Assembly: GCA_027491435.1 (NCBI GenBank) | Contig: JAOZFG010000042.1 | Location: forward strand, 1 to 10,617 | Length of the DNA stretch: 10,617 nucleotides | Direction of reading: 5' to 3' | Origin: Thermoproteota archaeon | GTDB lineage: Archaea; Korarchaeota; Korarchaeia; Korarchaeales; Korarchaeaceae | Part shown: positions 1 through 7,024 of the stretch, in pieces | How the letters are laid out: each line of letters starts with the position of its first letter | Position numbering within the stretch: position 1 is the stretch's first letter | Made by a program: the position numbers and the translations under genes | Notes under the pieces: generated by a model | Told to the model about the DNA's origin: nothing | Seen by the model: the letters and a program-made list of their open reading frames with translations, nothing else | Database searches by the model: none

Positions 1-408
1 TCAAAACTCCCTGACGACCCACCCGATCCTGTCGAAATCCCTGTCGTTACTCAGCACCACCCTCACACCTTCCCTCCTCATCTCCACAGCTATAACCAGG
101 TCGTCCCACATCTTGAGGCTTATCCCCTCCCCTCTAGCGTAGTTCACGGCCTCCAAAAAGTCTTCAAAGGTCGTGGGAACTACTTCCACTGAGCTACGCA
201 GGAACTCCAGGAAGAGGGGGATGGCCTCCAGCGAGCCCTTCCTCTCCAGGTGGGCTATCACTTGGGAGACCACCAGAGTTGAAGTTACCAGCCCCTCCTG
301 CCTGAGAAGGACCTTTGCCCTCTCCCCGTACCTGGGATCAGCCCTCAACACGTATAGGAAGACGTTGGAGTCAACGAACTTCCTCTCCGGCAAGCCCTCC
401 CTCGACAT
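1..408 (-). CDS. vapC: PIN-domain ribonuclease toxin (VapC family)
   Basis: PIN motifs FVDSNVFLY, DDLVIA and VLSNDRDFD; overlaps the 3' end of the AbrB-family gene. Start is ATG at 408 or TTG at 393 (which follows GGAGGG); the ORF-track start at 453 is probably too long. Confidence 0.9.
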   Translation of the reverse strand: MSREGLPERKFVDSNVFLYVLRADPRYGERAKVLLRQEGLVTSTLVVSQVIAHLERKGSLEAIPLFLEFLRSSVEVVPTTFEDFLEAVNYARGEGISLKMWDDLVIAVEMRREGVRVVLSNDRDFDRIGWVVREF

Positions 409-607
409 CCTCCAGCTCCACCTCCCCAACGCCCGCGGCCCCGAACAGGTCATCGACGGAGACCTTCCTCTTAGGAGTGAGGAGGATTCTCCCGCCCCTG
501 ACCTCCATTATGAGGGTCGAGCCCTCCCTCAACTTGAGGAGCTTCCTGACCCTGGAGGGTATAACTATCCTCCCCCTCTTCCCGACCCTCACCTCCAGCA
601 TTTTCAC
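371..607 (-). CDS. AbrB/MazE/SpoVT-family antitoxin (VapB-like)
   Basis: VRVGKRGRIVIPSRVRKLLKLREGSTL...RILLTP is the AbrB swapped-hairpin signature; acidic C-terminus; upstream of and overlapping the PIN gene. Alternative start ATG at 601 after GGTGA. Confidence 0.9.
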   Translation of the reverse strand: MKMLEVRVGKRGRIVIPSRVRKLLKLREGSTLIMEVRGGRILLTPKRKVSVDDLFGAAGVGEVELEDVEGGLAGEEVR

Positions 608-620
608 CCACTATTTGATG

Positions 621-648
621 TGGGATTTCCCATATAATATTTCCCATA
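621..648 (-). promoter_or_regulatory. Promoter/operator of the toxin-antitoxin operon
   Basis: Inverted repeat TGGGA-TT-TCCCA (621-632) and direct repeat ATTTCCCATA (625-634, 639-648) flanking a TATA-like ATATTATATG on the minus strand (631-640). Confidence 0.6.
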
Positions 649-794
649 ACTGTTAAGGGGCTGTGGGCGTGTAACTAGCCGCTGTCCAGGAGTCGGCAGC
701 CTTCTATATATATTCTTGATGAAAGGGCGCTCACCCTCCTCACACGAGGCCTCAATCCCTTCCTCCACCCAAAACCCTTAGGTGGCCCTTGGCT

Positions 795-2639
795 TCACTC
801 CTCCAACACCTCCTCCAGGGCCCCCTTTAGAGTCCTGTAGAAGGTCCTCAAGAGGTCGTAGCCTATGAGCACCACAAGCACGACCACCACCAGGGCGAGC
901 GCCTTCTCCAGGAGGGGTCCAACCCCGGGAATGACCCTGACCCTCTCAGGCAGGTAGTAGAGCATCAAGGAGAAGAGTATCAGGTACATGAGGTCGAACG
1001 TGGCCCTCTTGAAGGCTACCTCCGTGACCCCAAGCTTCTCCACCAGCTTTTCGCTGTATATGTTCAGGAAGTACCTGAAAGAGTCCAAGATCCTGTAGCC
1101 GAAGTAGATGACCGCTATCAGCTCTAGGAAGTTTATGAGCTGGGAGGTAGTGAGCGTCAGAAGTTCCAGGTTCAACTCAACCTCTGGAACCAGCAGGTGG
1201 GCGGCCCTCAGCACTATCAGGAGGATTATCAGCCTTATCGTAGAGGATATCAGTATTATGGCCTTCTCCTCCTCTTCCTCCTCCCCCGGAGCCCTAACCT
1301 CCGGGATCGGCTTCCCCCTCCTGAGCCTGCTCGCCGCCCTTTTGATCTGATGCTTGTAAGCTAAAGCTAGCGCTACGACAGTGAAGATGACAGGGACAAA
1401 CGTCATGTACAGGAGGAAGAGCTCTCCCCTCCCCAGGGCCACCAGAGAAGCTGCTAACAGCACCCTGACGTCCCTCGTGCTCATGCTGAGCTTCCTCAAG
1501 GTGGGCACGAACCTGAACCCTTGGAGGAACTTGCTGACGTAGCTTACCAGGAAGACGTTGGCCGAAGCTAATCCGGTTAACAGCGGGGAGGCGCCCCACC
1601 TAAGTGCTATTGCCAGGGTGTAGGCTAGATCGGCGTACCTGTCAAGGAAGGAATCCAGGGCCCCCCCGAACTTGCTCTTGACCCTGTAGAGCCTGGCCAG
1701 CTCCCCGTCAACCCCGTCCACCACCGAGGATAGCTGCATTAGCAGGGCCGAGATTAGAGGCTCCCCCTTTATGAGGAGGTAGGAGGCCAGTAAAGCCATT
1801 AGGAAGGCCGACAAGGATACGAGGTTGGGGCTCACGTAAACCCCTTTTAGGTAGAGGAGGACGGAGGCCCTGGTGCTTAAAGGCCTGTTAAGGTACCTGG
1901 ACACGGGGCCGTCCTCCTCCTTGTAGAGGCTCCTCCTTAGTATCCTGGGCAACATCCTCCTGGCCTCGGCCAGGTCCTCTGGTGTGTCCACGTCCATCCA
2001 GGTCAGGCCGGTGACGTCCACGTAACCCACTTGCCCGTGCTGTATGGCCTCCCTGAGGAGGTCCTCGACCTTGGCATTTACCCCCTTCTTCCTGAGGGTC
2101 TCTCGAACGAGCTCCTTTATCTGGGGCCTACAGTAAAAGGCCCCCGTGTCTATCCCGTAGTATGGAGGGGCCTGCTTGCCCGCCTCCTCAACCCTCCCCT
2201 CCCTTACCACCACCTTGAGCCCCTCCTTTAGCTTCTCCCAGTTCGGGTTCCTGTCCAGGCAGAGGGTTATAGCCTCCCGTCCCTTCCCCTTTATCAGCCT
2301 CTTTAGGACGTCCAGCTCCATTATGTGGTCTGACATGAGGAGCAGAAAGTCCCCCTGAACCCTCTCCATCCCCACGCTCATGGAGTAGAGGTTCCCGAAG
2401 TCCCCCTCATCAACCAGGGCCAGCTCCACCTTGTCCCCGTACCTCTCCCTGAATACCCTTTCAAACTTCCTGCGGGTCACCACCACGACCCTCTCAACGC
2501 CCAGCTCCTCTAGTAGCCAGAGGATTAGGTCCATGATGGTTAGGCCAGGGGCCAGCTCGAACAAGGATTTGGGTACCTCTTCGGAGTAGGGCCTCATCCT
2601 GGTCGCTTTTCCCGCTGCTAGTATTAGGGCCTGGACCAT
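795..2639 (-). CDS. Bifunctional inositol-1-phosphate cytidylyltransferase / di-myo-inositol-phosphate phosphate synthase (IPCT/DIPPS) with extra C-terminal membrane domain
   Basis: N-terminal nucleotidyltransferase (ALILAAGKATRM...PKSL, LLMSDH, WMDVDTPEDL); linker DGPVSRYLNRPLS typical of DIPPS; CDP-alcohol phosphotransferase motif DGVDGELAR...GGALDSFLDRYAD; further hydrophobic helices after a poly-Glu linker. Confidence 0.85.
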   Translation of the reverse strand: MVQALILAAGKATRMRPYSEEVPKSLFELAPGLTIMDLILWLLEELGVERVVVVTRRKFERVFRERYGDKVELALVDEGDFGNLYSMSVGMERVQGDFLLLMSDHIMELDVLKRLIKGKGREAITLCLDRNPNWEKLKEGLKVVVREGRVEEAGKQAPPYYGIDTGAFYCRPQIKELVRETLRKKGVNAKVEDLLREAIQHGQVGYVDVTGLTWMDVDTPEDLAEARRMLPRILRRSLYKEEDGPVSRYLNRPLSTRASVLLYLKGVYVSPNLVSLSAFLMALLASYLLIKGEPLISALLMQLSSVVDGVDGELARLYRVKSKFGGALDSFLDRYADLAYTLAIALRWGASPLLTGLASANVFLVSYVSKFLQGFRFVPTLRKLSMSTRDVRVLLAASLVALGRGELFLLYMTFVPVIFTVVALALAYKHQIKRAASRLRRGKPIPEVRAPGEEEEEEKAIILISSTIRLIILLIVLRAAHLLVPEVELNLELLTLTTSQLINFLELIAVIYFGYRILDSFRYFLNIYSEKLVEKLGVTEVAFKRATFDLMYLILFSLMLYYLPERVRVIPGVGPLLEKALALVVVVLVVLIGYDLLRTFYRTLKGALEEVLEE

Positions 2640-2643
2640 CGAA

Positions 2644-2670
2644 CCTCACGGAACTCAGGCTTTTTAAATT
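2644..2670 (-). promoter_or_regulatory. TATA box and RBS for the IPCT/DIPPS gene
   Basis: Minus strand reads AATTTAAAAA (2670-2661) about 22-30 nt upstream of the ATG, and GTGAGG just before the start. Confidence 0.55.
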
Positions 2671-2769
2671 TCAACGGCCGTAGACCAGCTAGACCCTATA
2701 GAAGCTTTGCCCTAAGGCCCATAAAAGCTACTCAGAACTCTCCATTCACCTCAAACTGATCCCTCTCAT

Positions 2770-2925
2770 GTTAATTTTTGAAAAAAGTGGTGTGTGCTTG
2801 GATTTTCCCTTACCATAAATTTCACATAATTCAAACTATTAGTTAATAATATTTTCAGTTAATTGTGTAAACAAAAGGTTTACCTTAGCTTACGGGATAA
2901 CTTTTAATGTAATTTCGTGAAAATA
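2770..2925 (+). promoter_or_regulatory. AT-rich control region upstream of the GTPase operon
   Basis: Strongly AT-rich against GC-rich flanks; TATA-like CTTTTAAT at 2901-2908; palindromes AACTATTAGTT (2834-2844) and GTAAAC-N5-GTTTAC (2867-2883). Confidence 0.55.
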
Positions 2926-2940
2926 CAAGGGGGCGGAGAG

Positions 2941-3270
2941 ATGAAAATCCGGTGCCCCGTTTGCAAATCAGAGGTTGAAGTCACCGTAGAGCTTGAGAAG
3001 GGATGGAACGTCATTCCTCACTTTGATCACGCCATAGTTATCTGGGTAGACGACAGGGGGAACGTTAGGGAGATTTACCCCGCAAGAACGATCTCCGCCC
3101 CCGTGGACGGGATGGAGCTGGACCAGGGCAAAGCAGATTTGGTCCCCCCTACCATAGACCTGTCCAGGGTCTCTTTAATCCTAGACGGTAAAGTCACCCC
3201 TACAGAGTCCGATCTGGCTGCTCTAAGGATCCTGTTAAAGTTAGGGGTTCTGAAGCCCAAGGGGAGGTGA
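2941..3270 (+). CDS. Small hypothetical protein with putative Zn-binding site (CPVC ... HFDH)
   Basis: 109 aa from ATG 2941, preceded by GGGGGCGGAGAG; CxxC at residues 5-8 and HxxH about 20 residues later; its 3' end supplies the GGAGGTGA RBS of the next gene. Confidence 0.8.
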   Translation: MKIRCPVCKSEVEVTVELEKGWNVIPHFDHAIVIWVDDRGNVREIYPARTISAPVDGMELDQGKADLVPPTIDLSRVSLILDGKVTPTESDLAALRILLKLGVLKPKGR

Positions 3271-3274
3271 TCAC

Positions 3275-4288
3275 TTGGATTTCTCCGTTCTACCCCTTAT
3301 ATTGAGGTCTCTGATGGATCCCGAGGCCAGGAAGGTCCTTAAGATAGGTAATGAGGTGAAGAGGTTCTCAGATTACCTGGCCTGGTACATAGCCAGGAAG
3401 GTCATGGAGTCCGTGGAACTGGACGGGGTTCCACTAACCGAGTTCAACTCAAGGATTAGGGACCCGCACTTGGCCAGGGCCCTCTACGAGCTCATGGAAA
3501 CCTGGGGGTACGTTAGGGTCGAGGACGGCGTGATAAAGGTGGTCAGAAGGCCTCCCGAGAAGGGGCCCGTGATGACGGCCCCATCCACCCTTGAGGTAAT
3601 GCCCGTGTTTAACAGGATAATGGACACGCTTCCTGAGGCCATAAAGACGGGAAAGAAGACGTTCTACTGGAAGGACAGGGAGAGCAAGCTCCTGTTCCTC
3701 AGGTTCCTGGACAACACCGGGTACAACTTCGTGAGGCAGGTGTTCGCCAGGTGGATAGGGGTTCCCGAGCTGGGGCCCGAGGACTGGGTGGTGGACGTGG
3801 GCTCGGGGATGGGGCTGAGCGCCGTCATCCTGTTGAAGCTGGGTAAAGCCAAGGTGCTGGCCATAGACCCGGATCCAGACAGCCTCTCCATAGCCGAGGA
3901 TTACGCCAAGATGGCCGGGGTGGAGGGAAGGTTAGAAACCGCTATGGGGAGGGGGGAAGAGCTGTACGAGATAGTGAAGGATAGGGCCCCCCTGGGCAGG
4001 GTTAAGCTGGTCACCATGGTCTCGATACTCCACTGGGTGGATAGTCCCGAGGAGGTTCTGAAGCAGGCAGGTATGGTGGTGGCGAGGTCTTACGGAAAGG
4101 TCGGGCTTTTCCAGGGAGTTTGGGAGAGGAAGATGCTCCCCTACATGGTGGTGACCTGGCTCCTGGGCTCCAAGATGATGCCAGAGCCCGAGGACCTCAA
4201 GGGGTGGATCAGGGATGCGGGTCTTGAGGTGGAGAGGTACACCAAGTGGCCCTTCGACATGTACCTGTTGAGGGCGAGGTCCCAGTGA
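3275..4288 (+). CDS. Class I SAM-dependent methyltransferase with ~150-aa N-terminal extension
   Basis: Motif I VVDVGSGMG, acidic motif II VLAIDPD, GRGEEL, VSILHW; TTG start 4 nt after GGAGGTGA; N-terminal LARALYELMETWGYVRVEDG resembles a winged-helix/dimerisation segment. Confidence 0.88.
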   Translation: MDFSVLPLILRSLMDPEARKVLKIGNEVKRFSDYLAWYIARKVMESVELDGVPLTEFNSRIRDPHLARALYELMETWGYVRVEDGVIKVVRRPPEKGPVMTAPSTLEVMPVFNRIMDTLPEAIKTGKKTFYWKDRESKLLFLRFLDNTGYNFVRQVFARWIGVPELGPEDWVVDVGSGMGLSAVILLKLGKAKVLAIDPDPDSLSIAEDYAKMAGVEGRLETAMGRGEELYEIVKDRAPLGRVKLVTMVSILHWVDSPEEVLKQAGMVVARSYGKVGLFQGVWERKMLPYMVVTWLLGSKMMPEPEDLKGWIRDAGLEVERYTKWPFDMYLLRARSQ

Positions 4289-4746
4289 GGAGGAAAGTCG
4301 TTCTCATGGGAGATTCAGGGGTTGGGAAGACCACCCTGGCTAGGAGGATGGCCGGATTAAAGGACTTAAGCCCGGACATGACCAGGGGGGTTGAGTTCTA
4401 CCTGGTGGAGGACTACTTGTTATGGGACCTATCTGGCCAGGAGAAGTTCTTCAAGCCCCTGGAGGAGTTAGCCCTTAAAGGGAACTTCGTGGCCCTCCTG
4501 GTGGTCGACAACACCAGGCCCAGCACCCTCTACAGCGTCAAGGAGAAGTGGGCGAAGAAGCTCCCCGAGGGAACGGTAAAGGCCCTCGTGATGAACAAGA
4601 TAGACCTGGCAAGGGCGCCCGAGGAGGGGAGGGCCGTAGCCAAGGAGCTGAACGCTCAGTACTTTGAGTGCTCAGCAAAGACCGGGGAGGGCGTGGAAGA
4701 AATAGTAAGGTGGTTGAAGTCATCTATGGGAGAGGATCAGGGTTAG
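4285..4746 (+). CDS. Ras-superfamily (Rab/Ras-like) small GTPase
   Basis: All five G boxes: G1 GDSGVGKTT, G2 MTRGVEF, G3 WDLSGQE, G4 NKID, G5 CSAK. Start GTG at 4285 overlaps the methyltransferase stop (GTGA); 153 aa. Confidence 0.93.
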   Translation: MRRKVVLMGDSGVGKTTLARRMAGLKDLSPDMTRGVEFYLVEDYLLWDLSGQEKFFKPLEELALKGNFVALLVVDNTRPSTLYSVKEKWAKKLPEGTVKALVMNKIDLARAPEEGRAVAKELNAQYFECSAKTGEGVEEIVRWLKSSMGEDQG

Positions 4747-6423
4747 TGGCTCCTCCGAGTCCACCCTGGCGAACCCTATCCTGAGAAGCTGCACCATATC
4801 TCCCTTTCTCAACTCCCTCATGGCCGGCTCCCCGTAGCCGCCCAACATCTCGTAGGAGTAAGGGGAGGTTGGGTTCATCACCCTGACCGGGGTGGCGTTC
4901 CCGTAGGGGGCCCACTGAATTATCTGGATCCCAGATATCCTCTGCTCCTCGCTGACCCTTAAGCTCACCTCGTCCGGCCCCACGTGCCTCACCTTCACAG
5001 TGGCGAGGCCTCTCAGCCTTACCTCCTGTCCCTCCCTCAGGGACTTCGCGTCCTTTAAGGCTATGTAAACGGAAGGCTCGGTCAGCTCAATGACCCTCCT
5101 ATCCTCCCTGTCCGGGTGCACTGGCACCTCTGCCTTGAGGACTTCCAGCCCCTCAACTACCGCCTTGACAGGATCCGGGACGAACATGTACCTAGGGGCC
5201 ACGGGGTCCAGGACCTTCCTGTTCATGGCCGCCAAGGACTCGAAGTTTATGGTGGCATCCACCTTGCTAGGTCCCAGCTCGTAGAAGAACCTCACTAGGG
5301 CCTCCGGAGTTATCCCCCTCCTGAACAGGCCCTTCAGCGTGGGTACCCTGGGGTCTGACCAGCCGTCAAGTATTCCTGCTTTTATCAGGGGCCTTATGTA
5401 CCTCTTGGATATTGGTATGCCCTCCATGGTTATCCTGCCGAACTGTATCATCTCGTACTCCCTTAGGCCGAGCTTCCTCAAGATGGTCCGCTGGACTTCG
5501 ACGTGAGGCTCGAACTCCTTGCTCCTAAAGGCGTGCGTGACCCCCGTGAGGGAGTCCATGACGCTTATCGAGAAGTCGTAGGTAGGGTAGACCCTGTACC
5601 TGTCGCCGTGTATGGGGTGGGGGGCGTCCACTATCCTGAAGATTCCCGGGTCCCTCATGGTGTAGTTGGGGTGCCTCATGTCGGTCTTCAGCCTGAGGTG
5701 AGCTTCTCCCTCCTTAAACTCGCCTTCAAGCATCTTCTCCCAGAGCTCTAAGTTCTTCTCTACCGGCTGATCCCTATGTTCGCACTCCTTGCCCTCCTTC
5801 CTGTAACTCCTAACCTTCTCAGCCGGACAGGTGCACACGTAGGCGTCGCCCTGCCTTATTAACTGCTCGGCCAACTCGTACATCTTGGGCAGGTAGTAGC
5901 TCTCTATGACCTCCTGATCCCATCTCCCAGGGGAGAGGCCCAGTTCACGCTCAGCTGCCTCTAGGAGGGCTGAGAAATCCTCCCTTATTGCGTCGAAGTA
6001 CTCCAACCTCTCAACCCTGGGGTTAGTGTCTTCAAACCTGAGGAGGAACTTCCCGTTGTAGAGGCGGGCGTATATGAAGGGGACCAGCAGCCCCTTAGCG
6101 TGGCCTATCGTCGGGTAGCCGTTGGGCTCAGGGGCAACCCTGGTGACAACCTTTCCGGGCTCAGCTTTGTCCAGAGGAGGCCATTTCCTCTCCTCTTTCT
6201 TCTTCTCCCTCTTTTCTGGTCCAGCAAGCTCCCTGAGCCTATCCTCGGGCATCCTGTTTATCTCCTCAACCACCTGGTTCACCAGTGCTAGCACTTCCCT
6301 GACCCTAGACCTGAGCTCAGGCATCTCAGCCATGACCTTGCCCATGACGGCCTTCGGGTTTGCCTTACCGTACTTTAAGGCGTTCTCAGCGGCCAGCCTC
6401 TCTATCAATTTTCTCAGGTCCAT
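4720..6423 (-). CDS. gltX: Glutamate--tRNA ligase, archaeal type
   Basis: VVTRVAPEPNGYPTIGHAK (HIGH region), LRFEDTNP, YVCTC Zn site, YPTYDF, GVTHAFRSKEF, ISKR (KMSKS equivalent), GWSDPRVPTL, RRGITPEAL, C-terminal QLLRIGFARVD. Confidence 0.97.
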   Translation of the reverse strand: MDLRKLIERLAAENALKYGKANPKAVMGKVMAEMPELRSRVREVLALVNQVVEEINRMPEDRLRELAGPEKREKKKEERKWPPLDKAEPGKVVTRVAPEPNGYPTIGHAKGLLVPFIYARLYNGKFLLRFEDTNPRVERLEYFDAIREDFSALLEAAERELGLSPGRWDQEVIESYYLPKMYELAEQLIRQGDAYVCTCPAEKVRSYRKEGKECEHRDQPVEKNLELWEKMLEGEFKEGEAHLRLKTDMRHPNYTMRDPGIFRIVDAPHPIHGDRYRVYPTYDFSISVMDSLTGVTHAFRSKEFEPHVEVQRTILRKLGLREYEMIQFGRITMEGIPISKRYIRPLIKAGILDGWSDPRVPTLKGLFRRGITPEALVRFFYELGPSKVDATINFESLAAMNRKVLDPVAPRYMFVPDPVKAVVEGLEVLKAEVPVHPDREDRRVIELTEPSVYIALKDAKSLREGQEVRLRGLATVKVRHVGPDEVSLRVSEEQRISGIQIIQWAPYGNATPVRVMNPTSPYSYEMLGGYGEPAMRELRKGDMVQLLRIGFARVDSEEPLTLILSHR

Positions 6424-6427
6424 GGGA

Positions 6428-6461
6428 TCACCGGGTAGTGAGGTGAGCCAGCCTTATAAAG
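6428..6461 (-). promoter_or_regulatory. gltX TATA box and RBS
   Basis: Minus strand CTTTATAAGG (6461-6452) about 30 nt upstream of the ATG; GGTGA at 6432-6428. Confidence 0.65.
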
Positions 6462-7024
6462 TCCCAGCGCTCCCTCGGCAGAGGGGTTTCGCTAACCTGT
6501 CAGCCACCCTTCAAATAAATTTTATACTGTTTTTCGTCTAATGCCTGGTGAATCAATGAATAAGTTAAAGATAACTATTGATTATCCTATTTAAAAAGAG
6601 CTATGCCGTTGAATTTCACTTTGGAGTGTATACAATTTTTTATTGGATCATGGCCGCCTAGGTTTTAGGAGTAAAGATAATCTCTCACTCGGCGGAATGG
6701 AAAGTATGTGGTCATGATAGACGTTACTTGGTTCTCACTCGAAATCAATTAAGGCGAAGAGGTAGAAGAAAGATCACCGAGCTCAACTTCTCTGCTTACA
6801 TCGAGATAGCTGGGGATAAGCGGTCTACATCAACTGATGGTTCGACGGGAGTGCAAGTAACTAGTGAGCGAGCTTTACGAGTTAATCACGGGAAAGGCTG
6901 GCAGGAATGTCACCCAGTGACTCGGGAGTCGTGGTTGAAAGGAGAATAAAGTGAACTTTCTCCTCCTCCCCTTATTTATGAAGCTAAAAGCTGCCATCAC
7001 GGCCTCAAATTGATCAAAAGCTTG

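Noticed and set aside
173-656. Plus-strand ORFs 173-637 and 315-656
   Set aside because: Antisense shadows of the vapBC genes with Ser/Pro-rich, non-protein-like composition.
2171-2194. Gapped similarity between this IPCT segment and the reverse complement of 9855-9878, suggesting a regulatory guide target
   Set aside because: Needs gaps and several mismatches in low-complexity C/T-rich sequence; not distinguishable from chance.
4246-4284. ORF-track N-terminal extension of the GTPase
   Set aside because: GTG at 4285 gives the typical 4-nt coupling overlap and places G1 at the usual distance from the N-terminus.
6683-6741. TCTCACTCG repeated 50 bp apart
   Set aside because: Only two 9-nt copies, unrelated to the CRISPR repeat; compatible with chance.
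6728-6949. 73-aa ORF as a real gene
   Set aside because: TTG start without RBS and no recognisable motif; kept only as part of the unexplained gap.
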